From a virus: a stretch of DNA of 64,000 nucleotides. The notes below the pieces were generated by a model. It had not been told where the DNA came from. It ran no database searches and saw only the letters and a list, made by a program, of their open reading frames with translations. Shown in pieces: positions 1 to 9,522 of the stretch. The position numbers and the translations under genes were made by a program. Positions within the stretch are counted from its first letter, which is position 1, and each line of letters begins with the position of its first letter. The stretch is taken from the IMG/VR virus record IMGVR_UViG_3300025853_000043. One strand, written 5' to 3'.

Positions 1-1
1 A

Positions 2-847
2 GGACTAGTATTTGCTTCTTTTTATGGTGTATTAAATGCAATCGAAGATGTTGAACAAGATATTGACAACGGAACTATAGATCAAGATGAAGGTGCTGAA
101 ATTGTAAATGTTCTTAAAGCACAACTTGCTTTGTGTTTAATCATGTCTTTAATGGTTATCTTTAGGAATGGTGCTTTACTTGGTAAACTAATATCATACA
201 TTAGACCTATTATTAGATTAATTGCAGCTGGTGCAACGGTAAGTGTTGTAGGTACCATACCGGGTATCATTGCGCTGTTAGCAAATGAAGTTGCTTGGGG
301 TTTAGTTATCTATGCACTAAGTTCACCTACCGTACAACGATCTGTTGCCGAATTCATTGCTGGCTCATTATTAGGACCTGTTATAGCAGAAGCTGGAAAA
401 TATGCAGGTACAGCAATGCAGTTCTTAAACCAAGCTAGTGAAGAAATGCTTGGTGTTAGCATTAGAGACGGTGACTTGTTTGGTTTCGATCAAACTGAAA
501 GAGGTGGTAGAGAAGGAGAATACTATGCAAGTGCTGAATGGGCAAAGCTATTATTCCAAGACATGTTATTTCCTCCAGCACAGAAATCAATGTTAGTTCC
601 TTATATTACACCTGCAAGACGTGAAGGACTATTAGAAGAAGCGTTTGGATTAACCAATCCTACACAAAACCAACCACAAAACCAACAACCGCCAACAACT
701 CAACCTGATGCAACAGATCCTGATGCAACAAGTTCTAATTCAGATGCAGTATCAAGGAAAGCAGATATTGAACGCAGTTTACAAAATACAGACTATTATA
801 ATAATCCTAGTTACACAAGGGCACAACCTGTTAGTGGACCACGTTAA
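2..847 (+). CDS. Hypothetical protein, 5'-truncated by the window edge; hydrophobic middle and P/Q/N-rich C-terminus
   Basis: The frame of ORF 131..847 is open from base 2 (GLVFASFYGVLNAIEDVEQD...); no family recognised. Confidence 0.7.
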   Translation, partial: GLVFASFYGVLNAIEDVEQDIDNGTIDQDEGAEIVNVLKAQLALCLIMSLMVIFRNGALLGKLISYIRPIIRLIAAGATVSVVGTIPGIIALLANEVAWGLVIYALSSPTVQRSVAEFIAGSLLGPVIAEAGKYAGTAMQFLNQASEEMLGVSIRDGDLFGFDQTERGGREGEYYASAEWAKLLFQDMLFPPAQKSMLVPYITPARREGLLEEAFGLTNPTQNQPQNQQPPTTQPDATDPDATSSNSDAVSRKADIERSLQNTDYYNNPSYTRAQPVSGPR

Positions 848-1023
848 AGCAGCGGCATACGAGAATTTTTTGTATTTTCAATATTATCTTTAATAATTCT
901 ACTCATAATTTCTTGATCTTCAATATCAGTATTATATAGCAGGTCGTTATATTGTACGCTGCCTCTCATGTACCAGCATATTCTATATGCGCTATCCTTG
1001 ATTGTTTTTATTTCATTTTCCAT
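844..1023 (-). CDS. Small gp51-like / tail-chaperone C-terminal ORF (59 aa, absent from the ORF track)
   Basis: Hand translation MENEIKTIKDSAYRICWYMRGSVQYNDLLYNTDIEDQEIMSRIIKDNIENTKNSRMPLL*. It lies directly downstream of the gp26-like gene, as gp51 does in T4-like phages. No clear SD; the frame stays open upstream across the gp26 end. Confidence 0.7.
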   Translation of the reverse strand: MENEIKTIKDSAYRICWYMRGSVQYNDLLYNTDIEDQEIMSRIIKDNIENTKNSRMPLL

Positions 1024-1029
1024 TTCTTT

Positions 1030-1083
1030 GGCTAACGATAGGATAGCATCGTTATTTAAAGTCGTTAGCCTGTTGCGAAAAAA
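1030..1083 (-). other. Candidate -1 programmed ribosomal frameshift signal
   Basis: In-frame heptamer T TTT TTC (1083-1077), 6-nt spacer, then stem GGCTAACGA (1070-1062) / TCGTTAGCC (1038-1030). Confidence 0.65.
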
Positions 1084-1904
1084 TCTGATGCGTCTAAGCT
1101 AACTTTTAATTTACTTTCGTGTTTACACTTTTCGCAAGTAACATCTTCAGTTGGTACTTGCCAAACGGTTGTGTTATGTTCAATAACTTCTTTTATTTTT
1201 GTAAAATATTTGACATCATTTTCATTCATAAACTCAATTATTTCATTGGTATTGCTTTCTTTTTGTCCGTCAACTTCTACAGATTCAATTTGTCTAAACA
1301 AAGTCATTACGGTTAGTTCATTAATTTTTTGAACAATGCTTTGAACAAATTTTTCTTTTTCAGTTTCATCTTTGATATTAGCACTTTCTTGAGAAACTGC
1401 ACGTTGATAAGCTACACTTGTTTTTTGAATGTCTGTCCATTCTTCGTATGTTAATGGACGTAAATTAAAAATAAAGTCATCAATTTGAACACGATCTTTA
1501 TACTCTAATGTATGGAAAAAATCTAAATAATTTCTTAAATTAATTTCATAAGCATTATCTTCACCGCATCTTATACAATTTTTATGTACGGTCATTGTTT
1601 CACCGTAAGTTGCCATTCTAATACCAAGTAATAATGTATCGATGTCTAATACTCTAAGTTTCATTGGATTTAAAATAGATGGAACACAACTGCGTATGTT
1701 ACTAGCTGTGGCTTCTCCGTTTACTAATGCATCAGGAGTTTTAAACAATATTTCATCGCTGGCAGTCATACTATAAACTGCTAGATCAGAAACAACACCG
1801 TTAGAGACAATCGACTCATTATACCATTTTCCGTTACTAGGTAAGTTTATAAAAAGTTTAGGTTGTCTACGGTATTTTTTTAAAGGACTTTCTTCGTTTG
1901 TCAT
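1065..1904 (-). CDS. gp26: T4 gp26-like baseplate hub / tail assembly protein
   Basis: RQPKLFINLPSNGKWY, MTASDEILFKTPDALVNG, two CxxC pairs (CIRC, CEKC); divergent from the tape measure gene. Confidence 0.75.
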   Translation of the reverse strand: MTNEESPLKKYRRQPKLFINLPSNGKWYNESIVSNGVVSDLAVYSMTASDEILFKTPDALVNGEATASNIRSCVPSILNPMKLRVLDIDTLLLGIRMATYGETMTVHKNCIRCGEDNAYEINLRNYLDFFHTLEYKDRVQIDDFIFNLRPLTYEEWTDIQKTSVAYQRAVSQESANIKDETEKEKFVQSIVQKINELTVMTLFRQIESVEVDGQKESNTNEIIEFMNENDVKYFTKIKEVIEHNTTVWQVPTEDVTCEKCKHESKLKVSLDASDFFATG

Positions 1905-1920
1905 ACCGGTTTTCCTATTA

Positions 1921-1928
1921 GGTAAATA
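1921..1928 (+). promoter_or_regulatory. Late-promoter variant GGTAAATA for tape measure/portal
   Basis: Resembles the recurring (G/T)ATAAATA motif; upstream of AGGAG and the TTG start at 1971. Confidence 0.5.
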
Positions 1929-1936
1929 CTATAGCA

Positions 1937-1944
1937 TATTTATT
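1937..1944 (-). promoter_or_regulatory. Late-promoter variant AATAAATA for the gp26-like gene
   Basis: TAAATA core on the minus strand about 30 nt upstream of the ATG at 1904. Confidence 0.45.
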
Positions 1945-1970
1945 GTTGTATTAACTAGGAGTTTAATGAT

Positions 1971-4079
1971 TTGGCAGAAGAAAGCATTTTAAATTTAGAA
2001 CGCTTTACAAACATACTGCAAGGCACAACACAGACTGCTGTTGGCTTAGGCGGTGCGCTTCTCACTGGCCAACAAAATATGAGTGCCTACAGCACTGCAT
2101 TATCTACAACTACAGATGCCTTAGGAGGCATGGGTAAAACACTTGGTAAAGTTGTAAATGGTTTAGTGCAGTTTGCTGAAGCAAGTTTAAAAGAATATCA
2201 AGACCTAAGTGCTATTGGTGCAACCTTTGGCAAAGAAATGGTTGACATTAAAGTTGCTGCTGCTGAAATGGGAATGAGTGTTCAAGAAATGACTACATTC
2301 CTTGGTCAAAACAACAAGTCTTTACGTGCATTTGGTGGTACAACTGATATGGCTATAAGCCGTTTTAGAGAGTTGAACAACCTTGTTTTAAACACACAAG
2401 AATTAGGAACTGAGCTAAGAAAATTAGGTTATACTACAACTGACATTGCAGAAGGATTAGCATTATACGGTGAAATAAGCGATTCAAATGCAAGATCTGA
2501 TCGCAGGAGCACAGCAGAGCAAGCGGCTAGTGCTAAAGAGTTTATGGTACAGCTTGACGGACTAGCAAAACTTACAGGTAAGCAAAGAGAACAAATTGCT
2601 GACGAAATGAAAGAACGCAGACGTGCAGGTGACATAAATGCATTTTTAATGGGCAAGTCAGAAGAAGACCAAGCAGCATTTACTGCACAACTTGCTGAAA
2701 TCCAAGCAAAGTTAGGTAAAGATGCAGCAGACGCATTTGTTGACTTAACATTACGAGGTGCTCCTACTACAGAACAAACTAGAGGTGCCTTACTTGCAAT
2801 GGGTGGTGGTGCTGAAGAATTGTATGCAGCCGCAAGTGCATTTAATAGCGGTAACATTGATCAATTTGCAAATTCAATAGATGCAGCAACAGCAAGTGCA
2901 ATGGAATATCAACGCAGTGAAGATTTTAGAAATACTGCGGTTTTAGGTGGATTAAGCACCGTGTCAAACGCATTTAGTAATGCAAGTGCAGCAAGTTACG
3001 ATTATGCAAATACACTTGAAGGTGCAGCAGAACCTGGCGAAACTGCTGCTCAAACGCAAGCACGATTACAAAATCAAATTTTAGATGAACAATATGTTCA
3101 AATGAAAACTACCACAGGTATTTTAGATGAAACTATTAGAACACAAGAAGCATTGCGTGATCTAAGTGTTACTGCTATGGAAACGGTAATGCCTCGTTTA
3201 GAAGATGTTGCAATGGCTGGTTTAGAAAAATTTAGAGCAGCTATTCCAAGTTCTGATGAAATTGCACAAAAACTTGCAGGTGCTGTAGACGGATTATTTG
3301 ATATGGCTAGATTAGCTGATAGAGAATCTAGAGATCCTATGAATGTAGTAGTAGATGGACAACAAGACTTAAGTCAAGAAAGCACACAACAAGAAGTTGC
3401 ACAAAGTTTAGGTGCAGAAATAGAAGATTCTAAAGAACGTGATAGTGAAACACAAGCTGCAATACAAAAAGCACAAGAAGCTGTTGAAGACGCAAAAGTT
3501 GCAGTGTTTGACGCAGAAATTCGTGTAAATGAATTACAAGAACAAAAAGCTAATATGTTAGCAACTGGTTTGCAAGAAACTGATGGTGCAGTTGTAGGTG
3601 TTTCGCAGCAGTTAGCTGAAGCAGAAGCAAAACTACAAGCAGCTATTAGAGAACAAGCACAAGCAAGTGCTGTTGCCGCTAGTCATAGATTAGGTTTAGG
3701 TGGTAAACTTTTCCGTGGAGGTAGAGCAGAAGGTGGACCTATTGGTGCTAATGAATTTGCTATGGTCGGTGAAGCAGGTCCTGAATTTATTAGCGGACCA
3801 GCAAATGTAATGAGTGCAAAAACAAGTATGGGCGTAATGCAGAATTTAATGAAAACAATTCGCAACGTTGAAAGCACCGTTCAAGAAAGCAATAATAATG
3901 TAGCACAACAGATAAGTACTAATGCATATAGTGGTAATGCTGAATTAGGTACAAAAATGGATAAAATGATTGAGATTTTAAATCAATTAGTGTTTATTGA
4001 GGGCAACGCCGTTACCACACAACAAAGAACATACAGAGCTACCAAAGGCTTACAAAGTAACATGATGAGAGGTTTATAA
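1971..4079 (+). CDS. Tape measure protein
   Basis: 702-aa Ala/Gln/Glu-rich helical sequence with the C-terminal GGRAEGGPIG...VGEAGPEF motif typical of tape measures. TTG start 9 nt after AGGAG. Confidence 0.75.
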   Translation: MAEESILNLERFTNILQGTTQTAVGLGGALLTGQQNMSAYSTALSTTTDALGGMGKTLGKVVNGLVQFAEASLKEYQDLSAIGATFGKEMVDIKVAAAEMGMSVQEMTTFLGQNNKSLRAFGGTTDMAISRFRELNNLVLNTQELGTELRKLGYTTTDIAEGLALYGEISDSNARSDRRSTAEQAASAKEFMVQLDGLAKLTGKQREQIADEMKERRRAGDINAFLMGKSEEDQAAFTAQLAEIQAKLGKDAADAFVDLTLRGAPTTEQTRGALLAMGGGAEELYAAASAFNSGNIDQFANSIDAATASAMEYQRSEDFRNTAVLGGLSTVSNAFSNASAASYDYANTLEGAAEPGETAAQTQARLQNQILDEQYVQMKTTTGILDETIRTQEALRDLSVTAMETVMPRLEDVAMAGLEKFRAAIPSSDEIAQKLAGAVDGLFDMARLADRESRDPMNVVVDGQQDLSQESTQQEVAQSLGAEIEDSKERDSETQAAIQKAQEAVEDAKVAVFDAEIRVNELQEQKANMLATGLQETDGAVVGVSQQLAEAEAKLQAAIREQAQASAVAASHRLGLGGKLFRGGRAEGGPIGANEFAMVGEAGPEFISGPANVMSAKTSMGVMQNLMKTIRNVESTVQESNNNVAQQISTNAYSGNAELGTKMDKMIEILNQLVFIEGNAVTTQQRTYRATKGLQSNMMRGL

Positions 4080-5834
4080 ATGAGTTGGAAAAAATATTTT
4101 ACTCCAGTTCCAACTGCTGACAATAGAAATGGCAGTTATTCGCCATTTTCTATGCGAGGTACAGGTAACGTAGGTCCTGCTGCTGCAAATTATTCTTCTC
4201 ATTTGCCTGACGTATATGTAGGGTCTCCAAATCGTATTGAACGTTATAATCAATACAATACAATGGATAGTGATAGTGAAGTTAATGCTGCACTAGATAT
4301 TCTTGCTGAGTTTTGTTCACAAAAAAACAAACAAAACGATACACATTTTGAAATTGATTTTAAAGGATCACCTACTAACAGCGAAGTACAAGTTATAGGG
4401 CAATATCTAAAGCAATGGTGTAAATTAAATCAATTTGAAACACGTATGTTTAGAACAATACGTAATGCATTTAAATATGGCGACCAATTTTTTATTAGAG
4501 ATCCACAGACACAAAAATGGTATCACGTTGATCCTAGTCAAGTAACAAAAATTATTGTTAACGAAAGCGAAGGAAAAAAGCCTGAGCAGTATGTTGTTAA
4601 AAATTTAAATTTTGCATTTGAAGCACTAGAAGCAACACCTTTAAACACAACTAATAGTTACGGACCTGGAGGAACAAGTCCAGGATATCAAACGGTTACA
4701 AAACAAAGCCAAACAGGTAATCATACACCAAGTGGTAACACAAGTAGATTTGCACAAGAACATGATGAAACTTATGTAGATGCAAATCATGTTGTACATT
4801 TGTCAATGAGTGAAGGACTTGATCAAAACTTTCCATTTGGTAATTCACTATTAGAAAGTATTTTTAAAGTATACAAACAAAAAGAATTATTAGAAGATGC
4901 GATTATTATCTATCGTGTACAACGTGCGCCAGAGCGCAGAGTATTCTACGTTGATGTGGGTAACATGCCTTCACACCTTGCTATGCAATTTGTGGAGCGT
5001 GTAAAAACGGAAATACACCAAAGACGTATCCCATCCAAGACAGGTGGTGGCACAAATGTTATAGACTCAAGTTATAATCCTCTGTCAATCAACGAAGATT
5101 ACTTCTTTCCACAAACTGCTGAAGGGCGTGGCTCAAAAGTTGAAACACTTCCGGGTGGTACCAACTTAGGAGAAATTGATGACCTTAGATACTTTACTAA
5201 TAAGTTGGTACGCGGCTTACGTATCCCAAGTTCGTACTTACCAACTGGAGCAGATGACGGTGCTTCACAATACAATGATGGACGTGTGGGTACTGCCTAT
5301 ATTCAAGAACTTCGCTTTAACAAATACTGCGAACGTTTGCAATCCATGGTTGAAGAAGTATTCAACAAAGAGTTCAAACTATTCTTAGGTTCAAAAGGTG
5401 CAAATATTGATTTTGCAATGTTTGACTTAAGGTTAACACCACCACAAAACTTTGCAGCATATAGACAAGCAGAACTTGATAACAACAGAATAGGAACGTT
5501 TACGCAAATGGCAGGTATACCTTATATCTCAAATAGATTTGCTATGCAACGTTTCTTAGGATTAAGTGCAGAAGAGATTGCAGAAAACGAACGTTTGTGG
5601 AGAGAAGAGAACGACGAAAATCTAGTAGATCTAGTTAACGATGACATGGCAGGTGAAATGCGTGGTGCAGGCCTTAGCGGTGCTGACCTTGCAGGAGACC
5701 TAGGTGGTATGGAAACTGATCTAGAAGGAGACTTGGGCGGCATTGATGGCGGCACTGGAGAAGCACCGGCAACAAATACAGAAAATGATTTAGGCGGAAC
5801 ACCAGCACCTACTGAAACGGCACAAACTATATAA
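4080..5834 (+). CDS. gp20: Portal protein (T4 gp20-like)
   Basis: LLEDAIIIYRVQRAPERRVFYVDVGNMP, EDYFFPQTAEGRGSKVETLPGG, LRIPSSYL; acidic Gly-rich C-terminal tail. Confidence 0.95.
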   Translation: MSWKKYFTPVPTADNRNGSYSPFSMRGTGNVGPAAANYSSHLPDVYVGSPNRIERYNQYNTMDSDSEVNAALDILAEFCSQKNKQNDTHFEIDFKGSPTNSEVQVIGQYLKQWCKLNQFETRMFRTIRNAFKYGDQFFIRDPQTQKWYHVDPSQVTKIIVNESEGKKPEQYVVKNLNFAFEALEATPLNTTNSYGPGGTSPGYQTVTKQSQTGNHTPSGNTSRFAQEHDETYVDANHVVHLSMSEGLDQNFPFGNSLLESIFKVYKQKELLEDAIIIYRVQRAPERRVFYVDVGNMPSHLAMQFVERVKTEIHQRRIPSKTGGGTNVIDSSYNPLSINEDYFFPQTAEGRGSKVETLPGGTNLGEIDDLRYFTNKLVRGLRIPSSYLPTGADDGASQYNDGRVGTAYIQELRFNKYCERLQSMVEEVFNKEFKLFLGSKGANIDFAMFDLRLTPPQNFAAYRQAELDNNRIGTFTQMAGIPYISNRFAMQRFLGLSAEEIAENERLWREENDENLVDLVNDDMAGEMRGAGLSGADLAGDLGGMETDLEGDLGGIDGGTGEAPATNTENDLGGTPAPTETAQTI

Positions 5835-5837
5835 ATA
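5830..5837 (+). promoter_or_regulatory. T4-type late promoter TATAAATA
   Basis: Exact T4 late consensus overlapping the portal stop, 5 nt before the next ATG. Confidence 0.65.
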
Positions 5838-5842
5838 ATAAT

Positions 5843-6094
5843 ATGATACTACGAGAACTATATTACTTCGATAAAGATACAATGGAACCAGTTGAGGACG
5901 AAACATACGATCCGCAAGACGACCAAAGTGTGATTAAAGTTGATGATACAAGAAAAAGTAGACTAACATTAAAAGATATAAACAAAGCCCGCAAAGCCAG
6001 TGATGCACATAGAAAAGAGTCAATGAAAGATCTAAACTACATTAGACAAATGTACGGATTAGCAGCTCAAGCAGCACTTGGCGGAGGCGTATGA
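5843..6094 (+). CDS. Small head-cluster hypothetical protein
   Basis: 83-aa ORF between portal and core genes, after a late promoter. Confidence 0.7.
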   Translation: MILRELYYFDKDTMEPVEDETYDPQDDQSVIKVDDTRKSRLTLKDINKARKASDAHRKESMKDLNYIRQMYGLAAQAALGGGV

Positions 6095-6696
6095 TAAAAA
6101 GAGCATTTGTTTTAGGTAACGGTGTCAGCAGAAAAAAAATCCATCCAAACTACTTAAAGGAAATAGGCAAAGTCTATGGATGTAATGCCTTGTATAGAGA
6201 ATTTGCTCCTGATCATTTAGTTTGTGTAGACACTAAAATGATTATAGAATTATCTCAAACTGAATATTACAAAAATAATAGTGTTTGGAGTAATTCAAAT
6301 AAAGTTACAAAAGGTTTACCTCAAATTAATATTATGAATCCAAACAAAGGATGGAGTAGTGGACCTACTGCATTACTTTTAGCTAGTCAACATTCATATG
6401 ACGAAATTTACATTTTAGGTTTTGATTATGAAGGAATTGGAAAAGATAAGCAATTTGTTAATAACATATATGCTGGATCGCAAAATTATAAAAGAACAGA
6501 AGACAGAGCAACTTATTTTGGAAATTGGACAAGACAAACTATGATGTGTATAAATCAGTTTCCAAAAACTAAATACTATCGAATAATAGAAAATGAAGGA
6601 TTTATACCAGATCATTTAAAAGATTTACCCAATCTAACACATATAGATGTTGAAAATTTTGTAGAAAAATTCAACATCACCACTTCAATACACTAA
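6091..6696 (+). CDS. MptE/DUF115-like (sialyltransferase-like Rossmann fold) protein
   Basis: RAFVLGNGVSR, VYGCNALYR, PDHLVCVD, WSSGPTAL, IYILGFD motifs. Confidence 0.55.
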   Translation: MIKRAFVLGNGVSRKKIHPNYLKEIGKVYGCNALYREFAPDHLVCVDTKMIIELSQTEYYKNNSVWSNSNKVTKGLPQINIMNPNKGWSSGPTALLLASQHSYDEIYILGFDYEGIGKDKQFVNNIYAGSQNYKRTEDRATYFGNWTRQTMMCINQFPKTKYYRIIENEGFIPDHLKDLPNLTHIDVENFVEKFNITTSIH

Positions 6697-6741
6697 AATA
6701 CGCTGTTTTGACCCCATTTTACACGTATATTTTCTAAAAAG

Positions 6742-6749
6742 TGTAAATA
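6742..6749 (+). promoter_or_regulatory. Late-promoter variant TGTAAATA for the core/capsid operon
   Basis: TAAATA core upstream of the AAGGAG SD at 6771. Confidence 0.5.
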
Positions 6750-6782
6750 TAACTGACAGCCTTGACAATAAAGGAGAATGAC

Positions 6783-7769
6783 ATGACTGATCGCAATAAG
6801 TTTGAAGAAATGCTTGAGCGTCTCGTCAATGAAGACAGAGAAGGTGCAGAAGCATTGTTCCACGAAATCGTGGTAGAAAAATCAAGAGATATTTACGAAT
6901 CACTACTTGAAGATGAAGAAGAAGTAGAAGAAACAACTGATGAAGAAGTTGATGAAGCTACAGATGAAGAAGTAGATGAATCAGAAGAAGACCTAGACGA
7001 AGCAACTGATGAAGAAGTAGACGAAGCTGCTGATGAAGATTTAGATGAATCTGATGAAGAAGTTGAAGAAATGTTTGATGTTGCAGAAGGTGACCCAGTA
7101 GACGACATGATGGGCGACATTGCAATGGACGGTGGCGACGACATGGATATGGAACCAGAAATGGGTGACGACGACATGGGTATGGGTGACGAAGAAGGCG
7201 ATGTAGAAGATCGTGTTGCTGACCTAGAAGACGAATTAGAAGCTCTAAAAGCAGAATTTGAAGCTATGATGGGCGACGAAGAGCCAGGTGATGAAGAGCC
7301 AGGTGATGAAATGCCAATGGACATGGATTCAGAAGAAGGCGACGACGAAGAAGAAGCCGAAGAAGAATCATATGCTTTTGAAGACGAAGAAGTAGATGAA
7401 GCAGCTGACGAAGAAGTTGAAGAGTCAAAATCAGCAAAATCACATGCAGAGATTATGCGTGAATACACAGATAAAGTGTCAGCAACAATGGGTGACAATG
7501 GCGCAAATGCAAAATCACCAGTAGCAAAGCCAAACAACATGGGCGGCACATCAGCAAACATCGCAAAAGGCGGTTCAGCTGACGAAAGCGGTACAGGTGC
7601 AAGTGCTCCAAAAGAAGATAACGCTGGTAACGTAAACGTTCCTGGCGCGAAAGGTGCTACTAAGTTAGCATCACAACCTGGCCACGGCGCTGAGAAAAAG
7701 GGCAAGCCAGAGACAGCCGATAAAGGTGCAGGTTCACCTCTAAACGGTGCTCCAAAAAGAGCGAAGTAA
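6783..7769 (+). CDS. Highly acidic prohead core protein
   Basis: ATG at 6783 follows AAGGAG (track start 6762 is probably too early). Tandem EEVDEA repeats; sits between portal and protease like T4 gp67/gp68. Confidence 0.7.
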   Translation: MTDRNKFEEMLERLVNEDREGAEALFHEIVVEKSRDIYESLLEDEEEVEETTDEEVDEATDEEVDESEEDLDEATDEEVDEAADEDLDESDEEVEEMFDVAEGDPVDDMMGDIAMDGGDDMDMEPEMGDDDMGMGDEEGDVEDRVADLEDELEALKAEFEAMMGDEEPGDEEPGDEMPMDMDSEEGDDEEEAEEESYAFEDEEVDEAADEEVEESKSAKSHAEIMREYTDKVSATMGDNGANAKSPVAKPNNMGGTSANIAKGGSADESGTGASAPKEDNAGNVNVPGAKGATKLASQPGHGAEKKGKPETADKGAGSPLNGAPKRAK

Positions 7770-7779
7770 GGACTGACGT

Positions 7780-8403
7780 ATGAGACTACTGAACGAACAT
7801 TTGAGCTTTGATGCTGCTAAAATGGTTGTTGAGTCTGCCAACGAAGGCAAAGATCTTTACATGAAAGGTATTTGCATTCAAGGCGGAGTACGCAACGCAA
7901 ATCAGCGTGTTTATCCCGTTAACGAGATTGGCAGGGCTGTCACCACACTCAACGAACAAATTAGTGGTGGCTACTCAGTGTTAGGCGAAGTAGATCATCC
8001 AGATGGACTTAATATTAACTTAGATCGTGTAAGCCATATGATTACAGAAATGTGGATGGATGGCCCAAACGGTTACGGTAAACTAAAAGTACTACCAACT
8101 CCGATGGGACAATTAGTTAAAACAATGCTAGAAAGCGGCGTTAAACTAGGTGTTTCATCGAGAGGTAGTGGTAATGTAAGCGAAAGCGGTAACGGTGAAG
8201 TATCAGATTTTGAAATTATTACCGTAGACGTTGTGGCGCAGCCAAGTGCGCCAGGCGCATACCCAACACCGATATACGAACACCTTATGAACACCCGAGG
8301 AGGGTATAAGGCGTTCCAAACATCAAGGGAAGTTCAAGGCGACAAACAGGCACAAAAATATTTAAAAGAGAGCTTATTAGATGTAATAAGCAAACTCCGC
8401 TAA
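7780..8403 (+). CDS. gp21: Prohead maturation protease (T4 gp21-like)
   Basis: NANQRVYP, LGEVDHP, GVKLGVSSRGSG, DVVAQPSAPGA catalytic motifs. Confidence 0.93.
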   Translation: MRLLNEHLSFDAAKMVVESANEGKDLYMKGICIQGGVRNANQRVYPVNEIGRAVTTLNEQISGGYSVLGEVDHPDGLNINLDRVSHMITEMWMDGPNGYGKLKVLPTPMGQLVKTMLESGVKLGVSSRGSGNVSESGNGEVSDFEIITVDVVAQPSAPGAYPTPIYEHLMNTRGGYKAFQTSREVQGDKQAQKYLKESLLDVISKLR

Positions 8404-8420
8404 CTAGGAGAGGATATAAA

Positions 8421-9512
8421 ATGTTAGATGCACTAAAATCACTCTTCGAAAACACTGCACTATCGGAAGAAGTGCGCTCAGAACTAGAAGAAGCATGGAA
8501 CGCAAAGGTGAAAGAAAATCGCCTTCAGGTCACTGCGGAACTACGTGAAGAATTTGCTAAAAAGTATGAGCATGATAAAGACACAATGGTTGAAGCCATT
8601 GATGCTATGATGACTGAGAAACTTAGCGAAGAAATTGCAGAATTCCAAGAAGATCGTAAGCAATTAGCTGAAGCAAAAGCAAAATTTGCTATTGCACAGC
8701 GTAAAAATGCTAATCTAATGAAATCATTTGTTAGTGAACAACTAGCAAAAGAAATCAAAGAACTACACTCAGATCAAAAAGCAATGGCTGACAAGTTTGT
8801 TGCTCTAGAAGAGTTTGTAGTTGAGTCGCTTGCAAAAGAACTTGCAGAGTTTTATGAAGACAAAAAAGATCTTGCTGAAACAAAAGTACGTCTTGTACGT
8901 GAAGGCAAAGCTCATGTCAATAAAGTTAAAAAAGACTTTATTGAAAAAAGTGCAGCGTTGGTATCTGAAACCGTGTCAAAAGGTCTTAAAAAAGAGATCT
9001 CGGCACTTAAAGAAGATATTGATCAAGCACGTAAAAATGATTTCGGTCGTAAATTATTCGAAGCATTTGCTAACGAATATTCACATAGCTATTTAAATGA
9101 GAAATCAGAAACAGCTAAACTTTTAAAAGTTATTGACGCAAAAGACAAGCAACTTTCAGAAGCTAAAAATGTGGCGGCGAAAGCAGTAAAACTTGTGGAA
9201 AACAAAGAATCGCAAATTAAAACAATTAACGAATCGGTGGCCCGCAAAGAAACAATTAGCGGTCTAATCTCACCATTGAGCAAAGACCAACAATCAATTA
9301 TGATGGATTTACTGGAATCAGTTCAAACAGCAAAACTACGTTCTGCTTTTGATAAGTATCTACCGGCAGTATTAGACGGTAAAGGTCCAGCAAAACAAAA
9401 GGCAGTATTAGCAGAGGCAAAAGAAGTAACAGGCAACAGAACACAAAATGACGTAAAAGCAGACGTAGATCACAATGTGATTGATATAAAACGTCTAGCT
9501 GGATTAAATTAA
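8421..9512 (+). CDS. gp22: Prohead scaffolding protein (T4 gp22-like)
   Basis: Long coiled coil between protease and MCP; ends IKRLAGLN. Confidence 0.8.
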   Translation: MLDALKSLFENTALSEEVRSELEEAWNAKVKENRLQVTAELREEFAKKYEHDKDTMVEAIDAMMTEKLSEEIAEFQEDRKQLAEAKAKFAIAQRKNANLMKSFVSEQLAKEIKELHSDQKAMADKFVALEEFVVESLAKELAEFYEDKKDLAETKVRLVREGKAHVNKVKKDFIEKSAALVSETVSKGLKKEISALKEDIDQARKNDFGRKLFEAFANEYSHSYLNEKSETAKLLKVIDAKDKQLSEAKNVAAKAVKLVENKESQIKTINESVARKETISGLISPLSKDQQSIMMDLLESVQTAKLRSAFDKYLPAVLDGKGPAKQKAVLAEAKEVTGNRTQNDVKADVDHNVIDIKRLAGLN

Positions 9513-9522
9513 GGAGAAACCT

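Noticed and set aside
1966-1992. Out-of-frame ATG mini-ORF (MIWQKKAF) overlapping the tape measure TTG start
   Set aside because: Only 4 nt from the SD and expected by chance in AT-rich DNA.
6893-7705. 270-aa Ser-rich antisense ORF
   Set aside because: It is the mirror of GAA/GAT-rich codons in the acidic core gene; no SD or promoter.
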